A stretch of 64,000 bases of DNA from Mycobacteriales bacterium (GTDB lineage Bacteria; Actinomycetota; Actinomycetes; BP-191): contig DASTMB010000064.1 in NCBI GenBank assembly GCA_035714365.1, forward strand, positions 31,785 to 95,784. The letters run 5' to 3'. Each line of letters opens with the position of its first letter. The first letter of the stretch is position 1. The position numbers and the translations under genes are program-made. Positions 44,395 through 52,458 of this stretch are shown here, piece by piece. A model generated the notes under the pieces. The model saw nothing but the letters and a program-made list of their open reading frames with translations, ran no database searches and had not been told where the DNA came from.

Positions 44395-47300
44395 ATGGCC
44401 GTTCGCCGCCGCGGGCTGCTCGCTGCGCTGGTGGCGGCGTTCCTGCTGCTCGGCGCGGCCCCCGCGACCGCGGCGCCGCCGGGCCGGCGGGTCTCCGGCA
44501 CGTACCGGCTGCTCGCGAAGGACGTGGTCGAGGGCGGCGGCCTGCGGCACGTCTACGAGGACGTGCTCGACACCGGCACCCGCATGCACCGGCTGCACCT
44601 GCCGCGCGGCCACGGGCTGCGCCCCGGCGACCGCGTGCTCGTCTCCGCCGACACGGCCGGTGACGGGAGCACGCTGAACGTCACGTCGTTCGCGCCGCTC
44701 GGCACGACGGCGGCGACCGCCACGACCGGCACGACGGACGTGCTGGTGGTGCTGGCGTACTGGACGGCGCCCGACTCGGTGACGCCGCAGCGGGCGTCGG
44801 ACCAGATCCTCGGCGACGACGACCGGTGGTTCCGCGAGGTGTCGTACGGCGCGGTCGGCCTGACCGGTGCGGTCACGCCGTGGCTGCGGATCCCGGCACC
44901 GGCCAACGGCCAGTGCTACGCGGGCGCGGACACGATCATGACCGGCGCGATCGACGCGGCCGGCCGGGCCGGGTACGCCGCGATCGGCTACGACCGGGTC
45001 GTCGTCTACTTCCCGCGCTGCACCGGCTCGGACACGAGCAACGTCGCCGGCTGGGCGTACGAGCCGGGCGCCCGCGTCTGGCTCAACGGGTACATGGACC
45101 GCCGCACGTCGGTGCACGAGCAGGGCCACAACTACGGCATGGGCCACGCCCGCGCGTACGCCTGCACGAACAACGGCGTCCGCGTCACGCTCGGCGGCAC
45201 CTGCGCGAGGTCGGAGTACGGCGACCCGTACGACGCGATGGGCCAGTCGTCGTACGCCGCCCACTTCGACGGCTACAACAAGTACGTGGCCGGCTGGCTC
45301 GGCACCCGGCGGCGCATCCTCACGACCTCGTCGTCGTCGTTCACGCTGCCGCCGTACGAGTCGGCGTCGGCGACGGCGCCGCAGGTCGTCGTCGCGAACT
45401 CGCCCACGCGCGGCTCGTACTGGCTCGAGTACCGGAGACCGGTCGGCTACGACGCGGCGCTGCCGGCGGGCGCGACCGGTGGCGTGCTGGTCCACCTGCG
45501 GGACACGGTCGTGGGCGTCGGCAACTACCTCCTCGACGGCACGCCGGGCGACGCGACGTTCGCGACGGCGGTGCTGCGCGCGGGCACGACGTGGACGGCG
45601 CCGGACGGCGTGCGCATCGCGGTCGGCAGCGCCACGTCCACGGGCATCGCGGTCAGCATCACCGGCGCCAGGCCGGAGCCGCAGGTGGCGACCGCGCCCC
45701 GGTCGTTCGCCGCGAGCGCGCGGGACATGGCGGTGCGGCTGACCTGGACGGCGCCGTCGTCCGACGGCGGCGCGGCGATCAGCGGCTACCGGGTCACGGT
45801 CGACCCGCCGCCGCCGGGGGGCGGCACCGGCGTCCTCGCCGCGAGCCCCAACGCCACCTCGCTGCTCGTCAGCGGCCTCGGCAACGGCACCACGTACACG
45901 TTCGAGATCCGCGCGCTCAACTCCGTCGGGCCGGGCGCGCCGGCCACCGCGCAGGCGGTCCCCGTCGTGCTGCCGCCGGTGGTGTCGATCACCTCGCCGG
46001 CCGACGGCGCGGCCCTCACCGGGCGGGTGACCGTCGTCGCGTCCGCCTCGCCGAACCCGCTCAGCGGCAGCGCGATCTCGCAGACCCGCCTCGTCGTCGA
46101 CGACCGGACCGTCGTGTACGGCTACGGCGCGCAGACGTCGTTCGAGTGGAACACCGGCACCGTCGCCAACGGCCGTCACCACGTCGAGGTCGTGGTGACC
46201 GACGCCAACTACCGCACCGCCGTCGCCGCCGTCGACGTGACGACCAGCAACCCGTTCCCGGTCGTCGCCGTCACCGCGCCGGCGGAGGGCACGACGTTCG
46301 ACGCCCCGCAGGTCGTGCTGGAGGCGGCGGCGTCGGTGCCGGAGGGCTCGACGGCGGCGATCCAGTCGGTGGCGTTCGAGGTCGACGGCTACCTGCGGGC
46401 GACCGTGTACTCCGCGCCGTACCGGATGACCTTCCCGACGATCGACAACGGCTGGCACTCGGTCGTCGCGGTCGCGACCGACACGAACGGCCTGACCGCG
46501 CGGTCCCGGCCGGTGTCGTTCGTCGTCTCGCACCCGCCGCCGACGGTGAAGATCACCTCCCCTGCCAACGACGCCGTCGTGCGCGGCACCAGCCTGACCA
46601 TCACCGCCGACGCGAGCGTCACCGCCAACGGCAGCGCGCTCGCCGAGGTGCGGTTCTGGGCCGGCTACCAGCCCATCGGTACCGACACCACCGCGCCGTT
46701 CACGGCGACGTGGGACATCAGCGGCCTCAGCGGCTCGGGCCGGGTGCAGGCCGAGGTCGTCGAGACGAGCGGCCGGCGCGCGACGACGTACCTCTCGGTG
46801 CGGATCGACAACGCGCTCCCGACGGCGACCCTGAACCTCACGTACAACCAGCCGTTCGACGCGAAGCCGATGACGCTGACCGGCACGGCGACCGCGCGGA
46901 CGGCGGGTGCCTCGGTGGCGCGAGTCGACCTCATGGTGGACAACGTCGCGGTGCCCGCGGAGGTGGCCGCCGACGGCACCTGGTCGGCGCCGTGGGACGC
47001 GACCGGCCGCTACGGCATCCACCGGGTGACGGTGGTCGCGTACGACTCCGCCGGGCTGCACTCGCCCACCCCCGTGTCGCAGTCGTTCCAGGTCGTGCGC
47101 CAGCCGCCCGCGGTCGTCTGGACGGCGCCGGAGGCCGGGTCCCTCGTGCCGGCCGGGACGGTGGACGTCGTCGCGTCGGCGACGCCCGGGACGTACGACA
47201 CGAGCACCGTGACGAGGATCTGCTTCCGCAAGACCATGCCGTGGTGGCAGTACGCGCCGGAGCTCGGCTGCGGCACCCTCGGCGACGACGGCCGGTACCA

Positions 47301-48255
47301 CCTCGCGTGGAACACCACGGCCGTGCCCGACGGGGCGTTCGCTCTGACGGCGGTGGTGTGGATGAGCGACGGCGCGACGTTCGCGGTGCCCGGCCCGACC
47401 GTGACGGTCGCGCGGCCGCCGCTCGCGCCGGAGGTCTACAGCGACGACGGCTTCGACGGCGACGCCGACCTCTGGTGGTCGACCGCGCCCTCCGCCGCGC
47501 CGGTGACGTCGTGGGTCGTCGCCGTGCCGGGGCGGGCACCGGTCACCGTCACCGAGCCGCGGGCCTACCTCACCGGGCTGGCGAACTGGCACACGTACGA
47601 CGTCGCCGTGAGCGCCGTCAACGCCATGGGCACCGGCCCGGCCACCCACGTCTCGGTCACGCCGGGGCTGCGCACGCGGATCGAGCTGACGTCGCAGCCG
47701 GCGCGCACGGTCGTCTACGGCAGCCGCGTGACGTTCGGCGCCGTCGTGTCGCGGCAGAAGGACGACCAGCCGGTGGCCGGCCGGACCGTCGAGCTCGTCG
47801 GCTGCCCGGTCGCCGGGCCGCCGTGCCCGGTCGTCGCCCGCGCGACCACCTCCGCGACGGGCATGGTCACCCTCTCCGCCGTGCCGCGCACGGGCACCGA
47901 CTACTACCTGCACGTGCCGGTGCAGGTCGCGATCGGCCAGTCGTACGTCTTCCCGCCACCGGTGTCGGTCTCGACCAAGGTGACCGGCACGTTCTCGGCC
48001 GGGCGGGTGCCGCTCGGCGCGACGTCGTACCTGCGCGGCTACGTCACGCCGGCGCGCACGGGCGGGTTCGTCTACCTCCAGCGGTACTACTCCGGCACCT
48101 GGCACAACGTCACGTACCGCACGATGAGCGCCACCGGCTACGTCTCGGTGCCGGTCAAGGTCGCGCGGGGGACGTACACGTACCGGCTCCGCTACGGCGG
48201 GGACGGCGGCCGCCTCCCCGGCGCCTCCCCCGCTCGAACACTCGTCGTGTACTAG
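44395..48255 (+). CDS. Large secreted metzincin-like metalloprotease (M11/gametolysin-like HExxHxxGxxH) with FN3 and multiple Ig-like domains
   Basis: ATG at 44395. Signal peptide MAVRRRGLLAALVAAFLLLGAAPATAAP. HEQGHNYGMGH at 45115-45147. An FN3 domain (RLTWTAPSSDGGAAISGYRV...TYTFEIRALNSVGPG). About 6 Ig-like repeats of the form V.ITSPA.GA...G.V.V.A.AS, then a second FN3. Confidence 0.7.
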   Translation: MAVRRRGLLAALVAAFLLLGAAPATAAPPGRRVSGTYRLLAKDVVEGGGLRHVYEDVLDTGTRMHRLHLPRGHGLRPGDRVLVSADTAGDGSTLNVTSFAPLGTTAATATTGTTDVLVVLAYWTAPDSVTPQRASDQILGDDDRWFREVSYGAVGLTGAVTPWLRIPAPANGQCYAGADTIMTGAIDAAGRAGYAAIGYDRVVVYFPRCTGSDTSNVAGWAYEPGARVWLNGYMDRRTSVHEQGHNYGMGHARAYACTNNGVRVTLGGTCARSEYGDPYDAMGQSSYAAHFDGYNKYVAGWLGTRRRILTTSSSSFTLPPYESASATAPQVVVANSPTRGSYWLEYRRPVGYDAALPAGATGGVLVHLRDTVVGVGNYLLDGTPGDATFATAVLRAGTTWTAPDGVRIAVGSATSTGIAVSITGARPEPQVATAPRSFAASARDMAVRLTWTAPSSDGGAAISGYRVTVDPPPPGGGTGVLAASPNATSLLVSGLGNGTTYTFEIRALNSVGPGAPATAQAVPVVLPPVVSITSPADGAALTGRVTVVASASPNPLSGSAISQTRLVVDDRTVVYGYGAQTSFEWNTGTVANGRHHVEVVVTDANYRTAVAAVDVTTSNPFPVVAVTAPAEGTTFDAPQVVLEAAASVPEGSTAAIQSVAFEVDGYLRATVYSAPYRMTFPTIDNGWHSVVAVATDTNGLTARSRPVSFVVSHPPPTVKITSPANDAVVRGTSLTITADASVTANGSALAEVRFWAGYQPIGTDTTAPFTATWDISGLSGSGRVQAEVVETSGRRATTYLSVRIDNALPTATLNLTYNQPFDAKPMTLTGTATARTAGASVARVDLMVDNVAVPAEVAADGTWSAPWDATGRYGIHRVTVVAYDSAGLHSPTPVSQSFQVVRQPPAVVWTAPEAGSLVPAGTVDVVASATPGTYDTSTVTRICFRKTMPWWQYAPELGCGTLGDDGRYHLAWNTTAVPDGAFALTAVVWMSDGATFAVPGPTVTVARPPLAPEVYSDDGFDGDADLWWSTAPSAAPVTSWVVAVPGRAPVTVTEPRAYLTGLANWHTYDVAVSAVNAMGTGPATHVSVTPGLRTRIELTSQPARTVVYGSRVTFGAVVSRQKDDQPVAGRTVELVGCPVAGPPCPVVARATTSATGMVTLSAVPRTGTDYYLHVPVQVAIGQSYVFPPPVSVSTKVTGTFSAGRVPLGATSYLRGYVTPARTGGFVYLQRYYSGTWHNVTYRTMSATGYVSVPVKVARGTYTYRLRYGGDGGRLPGASPARTLVVY

Positions 48256-48431
48256 AGGCCGGGCACGAACACCCCGAGCAGCATGACGACGGTCGCCGTG
48301 ACCGCGAGCCAGGCGCCGGCCTTGTCGGGCAGCGGCCCGAACATCCCCAGCGCGCCGAGCACCGCGAGGATCACGGCGACGAGGATCGTCAGGTAGCGGG
48401 GGGCGCGGTTCGAGCCGGGTGCGAACGCCAT
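48252..48431 (-). CDS. Small two-TM membrane protein (59 aa)
   Basis: [59 protein letters not shown]. Its start overlaps the upstream gene's stop (ATGA on the minus strand). Confidence 0.5.
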   Translation of the reverse strand: MAFAPGSNRAPRYLTILVAVILAVLGALGMFGPLPDKAGAWLAVTATVVMLLGVFVPGL

Positions 48432-48760
48432 CAGATCCCCCGGAAGAACGAGCCGACGACAAGCAGCGCGGGCGACGCGAGCAGCGCGAGGTACCCCTGC
48501 TGCCGGGTCAGCTCGACGTCCCGGTCGGCGAGGAAGTCGAGGATCGGGCGGATCTCGTAGACGTGCGAGACGGCCAGCCCCACGACCGTGAGCAGCACGG
48601 CGAGCACGATCGTCACGAACTTCGGGGCGTTCGGCCGCCGGGACAGGCCGATGTCCTCCCCGGCGCGCGACCGGCGGTAGCCGCCGCGGGCGGGGACGGA
48701 CGCGCGTTGCATCAGGACGCGGGCGAGCTGCCCGAGGACGTCGGCGTTGCCGGCCATCAC
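48431..48760 (-). CDS. Small membrane protein (109 aa), paralogous in its core to the downstream 59-aa protein
   Basis: [26 protein letters not shown]...[21 protein letters not shown]. Compare APRYLTILVAVILAVLGALG in the neighbouring gene. Confidence 0.5.
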   Translation of the reverse strand: MMAGNADVLGQLARVLMQRASVPARGGYRRSRAGEDIGLSRRPNAPKFVTIVLAVLLTVVGLAVSHVYEIRPILDFLADRDVELTRQQGYLALLASPALLVVGSFFRGI

Positions 48761-48840
48761 GATCTCCCTCCGACGCGCGGACCGTAGCAGCGCGCGGGGC
48801 GGCCGGGGACGCAGGCGCGCCGACCGGTACCCTGGCGCGC

Positions 48841-49953
<1,113 letters not shown>

Positions 49954-49990
49954 TCACCCGGTCGGGTCTTCAGTGTCCGACTACGGGTAG

Positions 49991-50019
49991 TTGACACGCT
50001 CGCTACACAGTGTCACAGT
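49991..50019 (+). promoter_or_regulatory. Putative promoter: -35 TTGACA, 17-nt spacer, -10 CACAGT
   Basis: The same architecture recurs at 51011-51039 and, in weaker form, at 52281-52310. Confidence 0.4.
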
Positions 50020-50044
50020 CACTCGCTGTAACTACCCACTTCGG

Positions 50045-50135
50045 GGAAGCGACGATCCGCGGCCGTATCTCGGTCACCGGCCAGGCCGCGGGGAGCAAGT
50101 GGTGAGACCGGCCCCGGACTCGAGAGGAGTCCGTC
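50045..50135 (+). promoter_or_regulatory. Conserved 5' leader element, copy 1 (core 50045-50119 plus Shine-Dalgarno-sequestering hairpin 50116-50132)
   Basis: GGAAGCGACGATCCGCGGCCgtatctCGGTCACCggccaGGCCGCGGGGAGCaAGTGGTGAGACCGgCCcCGGACtcgagagGAGTCC. It is shared with copies 2 and 3. An in-frame TGA at 50103-50105 shows it is not coding. Confidence 0.6.
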
Positions 50136-51014
50136 ATGGTCGTCCGGTCTGCCCGCTCCACGGTCGCGGCGTTCGCCGCCACCGTCCTGCTGCTCGCCGC
50201 GCTCGTCACGCTGCTCACCCGCCCCGCCTCGGCCGCGCAGGCCACCGGCGGCCCGGCGCGCAGCGACAAGGCCGCCGCCGCGCAGGAGCAGAAGGGCCAC
50301 GGCAAGCCGAGCCCGGCCGCCACGACCTCCCCGCAGCCGAAGTCCAACGCCGACATGAACAAGGGCGGCGCCAACAACGGCGGCGACTGCGGCGCCTACT
50401 GCTCCACCCGCGACGGCTCGCCGTCCGGGAACGGCAACGGCAAGGGCGAGGCCAAGGGCAAGCCGTGCGCCGGCTGCGTCGGCAAGGCCGACAACAAGAA
50501 CCCGCCCGGCCAGCAGCCCGACGGCACCGACCACAACGCCGGCTACGAGTGCGACCGCAACCACGGCATCGGCCGGACCAACCCGGCGCACACCGGCTGC
50601 ACCCCCGCCCCGACCGTCCAGCCGACCGTGACGCCGACCACCCCGCCGCCGTGCGTGCCGACCGAGACCGAGCCGTGCGGCACGCCCACCGCGTGCGTGC
50701 CGACCGAGGCGGAGCCGTGCGGCACGCCCACCCCGTGCGTGCCGGCCGAGGGCGCCCCGTGCGGGAACCCGACCCCGACGCCGTCGGTGCTCCCCACCAC
50801 CCTGACCCAGACCCCCGCCCCGGAGACGGCCACGCCGCCCGCCCAGGTCAAGGGCGTCAAGCTCGTCCGCCCGGCCGCCACGGCCCCGAAGGTGCTCGGC
50901 GGCCGCCTGCCGAAGACGGGCTCGCCGGTGCCGGTGGCGCTGCTGCTGCTGGTGGGCTTCGGCACCATCGCGCTGGGTATCACTGTCACTGTCGCGACGC
51001 CCGCGTCGCGTTGA
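50136..51014 (+). CDS. LPXTG (LPKTG) cell-wall-anchored surface protein with a Cys-rich domain and a Cys-containing stalk repeat
   Basis: Signal peptide MVVRSARSTVAAFAATVLLLAALVTLLTRPASA. GDCGAYCS...KPCAGCVGKADNKNPPGQ...GYECDRNHGIGRTNPAHTGC. Three copies of CVPTExEPCGTPT. LPKTG followed by a hydrophobic tail. Confidence 0.8.
   Translation: MVVRSARSTVAAFAATVLLLAALVTLLTRPASAAQATGGPARSDKAAAAQEQKGHGKPSPAATTSPQPKSNADMNKGGANNGGDCGAYCSTRDGSPSGNGNGKGEAKGKPCAGCVGKADNKNPPGQQPDGTDHNAGYECDRNHGIGRTNPAHTGCTPAPTVQPTVTPTTPPPCVPTETEPCGTPTACVPTEAEPCGTPTPCVPAEGAPCGNPTPTPSVLPTTLTQTPAPETATPPAQVKGVKLVRPAATAPKVLGGRLPKTGSPVPVALLLLVGFGTIALGITVTVATPASR
50651..50776 (+). repeat. 3 x 42-nt tandem repeat encoding CVPTE(T/A)EPCG(T/N)PT(A/P/P)
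   Basis: The units lie at 50651-50692, 50693-50734 and 50735-50776. Units 1 and 2 are nearly identical and unit 3 has diverged. Confidence 0.9.
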
Positions 51015-51039
51015 CGTAACACAGGCTTACTGTCACAGT
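51011..51039 (+). promoter_or_regulatory. Putative promoter: -35 TTGACG, 17-nt spacer, -10 CACAGT (the -35 overlaps the upstream stop codon)
   Basis: TTGACGtaacacaggcttactgtCACAGT. It contains the palindrome ACTGTcACAGT. Confidence 0.4.
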
Positions 51040-51084
51040 TCGTGATAAGTACGACACGATCCGAAGGGGATCGTGACGTTCCGA

Positions 51085-51181
51085 GGAAGCGACGAGCCGC
51101 GGCTTTGTTCGGTCACCAGCCGGCCGCGGGGAGCGAGTGGTGAGACCGGCCTCGGACTGGTTCCCGGGAGGGAAAGTCCAC
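51085..51181 (+). promoter_or_regulatory. Conserved 5' leader element, copy 2 (core 51085-51157 plus Shine-Dalgarno-sequestering hairpin 51154-51179)
   Basis: GGAAGCGACGAGCCGCGGCtttgttCGGTCACCagccgGCCGCGGGGAGCgAGTGGTGAGACCGgCCtCGGACTggTTCCCgggaGGGAAAGTCC. Confidence 0.6.
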
Positions 51182-52096
51182 ATGTCGGCCTTCACGCGAC
51201 GTGCTCGCTACCTGACGTTCGCCGGTCTCGCGACGATCGGCCTCGCGGCCGCGGCGCAGCTCGCGGTGACGCCCGCGGCGACCTCCGTCGAGACGTACAC
51301 CGTGCCGCTCCACCAGGACACGCCCATCCAGAACTCCACCTACTCCGAGCAGGGCGACTGCCCGCTCTCGCCGTCGCAGTGGGGCTGGCACTTCGTGCTG
51401 CCCGGCCACGACGCGGAGTTCGTCTCGCTGACGGCGACGTTCGAGACGGCCGGCGAGGTCGAGGCGACGATCGGCGAGCCGACCGCGCAGCACGCCTACG
51501 TCTACACGGCGACCGACGACACGCTGCTCTCGGCGACGGCGGAGGTGACCGGCGGCGAGGTCGAGTTCTTCAACCTCTCGCACGTCTGCGCGGGCGGTGG
51601 CACGACCAGCGAGACGCCGACCCCGAGCGTGTCGGCCTCGGCGACCAAGACCCCCTCGGCCACCCCGAGCGAGACGCCCAGCGAGACCCCGAGCGAGACC
51701 CCGTCGGTGACGCCCACCGCCGAGGTGAGCGCGACCGAGACGGCGACCACGCCGCCGCCGACCACCGTGCCGCCGACGACGGTCCCGCCGACGTCCGAGA
51801 GCGCCACGCCGACCGCCGAGGTCAGCGCGACCGAGACCGAGACGGCGACGCCGACCGGCACCTCCGAGGTCCTGCCGACCCGCCTCACCAACACCCCGAC
51901 CCCGTCGGCCTCCGTCCAGGGCGTCAAGATCGTCCAGCCGCCGGCGGTCCTCCCGCGCCGCCTGCCCTCGACCGGCACCCCGGTCCCGGTGGCCGTCCTG
52001 CTGCTCCTCGGCTTCGGCATGGTCGCTGCCGGTGTCGTGACCACCGTCGCCGGTGAGCCCCGCACCGCGAGCGCCGACGGCCGTCACCGCCGCTAG
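51182..52096 (+). CDS. LPXTG (LPSTG) cell-wall-anchored surface protein
   Basis: ATG at 51182. Signal peptide MSAFTRRARYLTFAGLATIGLAAAAQLAV. A globular domain of about 130 aa, a Thr/Pro/Ser/Glu-rich stalk (SETPSETPSETPS, duplicated ATPTAEVSATET), then LPSTG, a hydrophobic segment and a basic tail. Confidence 0.8.
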   Translation: MSAFTRRARYLTFAGLATIGLAAAAQLAVTPAATSVETYTVPLHQDTPIQNSTYSEQGDCPLSPSQWGWHFVLPGHDAEFVSLTATFETAGEVEATIGEPTAQHAYVYTATDDTLLSATAEVTGGEVEFFNLSHVCAGGGTTSETPTPSVSASATKTPSATPSETPSETPSETPSVTPTAEVSATETATTPPPTTVPPTTVPPTSESATPTAEVSATETETATPTGTSEVLPTRLTNTPTPSASVQGVKIVQPPAVLPRRLPSTGTPVPVAVLLLLGFGMVAAGVVTTVAGEPRTASADGRHRR

Positions 52097-52134
52097 CGCA
52101 CACCGCGCGTAGCCGCGCGGACCCGTACCACCGC

Positions 52135-52167
52135 GAAAGGCCCGTCCCCTCCCGGGACGGGCCTTTC
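52135..52167 (+). terminator. Intrinsic-terminator-like hairpin (14-bp stem GAAAGGCCCGTCCC/GGGACGGGCCTTTC)
   Basis: It lies 39 nt after the stop codon. The 3' arm ends in TTTC. Confidence 0.65.
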
Positions 52168-52280
52168 GTGTACGCACCGTCACGTCCCGCGGCCGTTCGG
52201 TGATCACGCGGGACCCCGGAATGTCCTGTCTCGCAGCGATTCCGGACTCTCGGCCGGGCGAAGATGGTCCGAAGCGACCA

Positions 52281-52310
52281 TTGCCGCCCCCGGACACGCT
52301 GCGTCACGGT
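52281..52310 (+). promoter_or_regulatory. Putative promoter: -35 TTGCCG, 18-nt spacer, -10 CACGGT
   Basis: This is a weaker version of the two upstream promoters. It is followed by the inverted repeat GTCACGGT-N12-ACCGTGAC. Confidence 0.3.
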
Positions 52311-52356
52311 CGTGGAGCGCTCACCGTGACGACCGTCACGTGTCCGTGAGCGCCGG

Positions 52357-52458
52357 GGAAGCGAAGATCCGCGGCCGTCCTTGGACCGGTCACCGTACGC
52401 CGGGCCGCGGGGAGCGAGTGGTGAGACCGACCTCGGACCGTCCTCAGGAAGGCGTCCG
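52357..52458 (+). promoter_or_regulatory. Conserved 5' leader element, copy 3 (core 52357-52438 plus Shine-Dalgarno-sequestering hairpin 52435-52457)
   Basis: GGAAGCGAAGATCCGCGGCCgtccttggacCGGTCACCgtacgccgGGCCGCGGGGAGCgAGTGGTGAGACCGaCCtCGGACcgtcctcaggaaggcGTCC. Confidence 0.6.

Noticed and set aside
50045-50119. A cobalamin riboswitch as the identity of the LPXTG leader, suggested by GGGAAGC... and ...GGTGAGA.
   Set aside because: There is no B12 box (GCCACTG), and the order and spacing of the conserved blocks differ. The element is much shorter than a cobalamin aptamer.
51137-51181. N-terminal extensions suggested by the ORF track for the LPXTG genes (starts at 51137 and 52381).
   Set aside because: The extensions cover the conserved leader but read it in different frames in different copies, and copy 1 has an in-frame stop. 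Typical signal peptides begin at the ATGs at 51182 and 52459, and each ATG has its own Shine-Dalgarno sequence.
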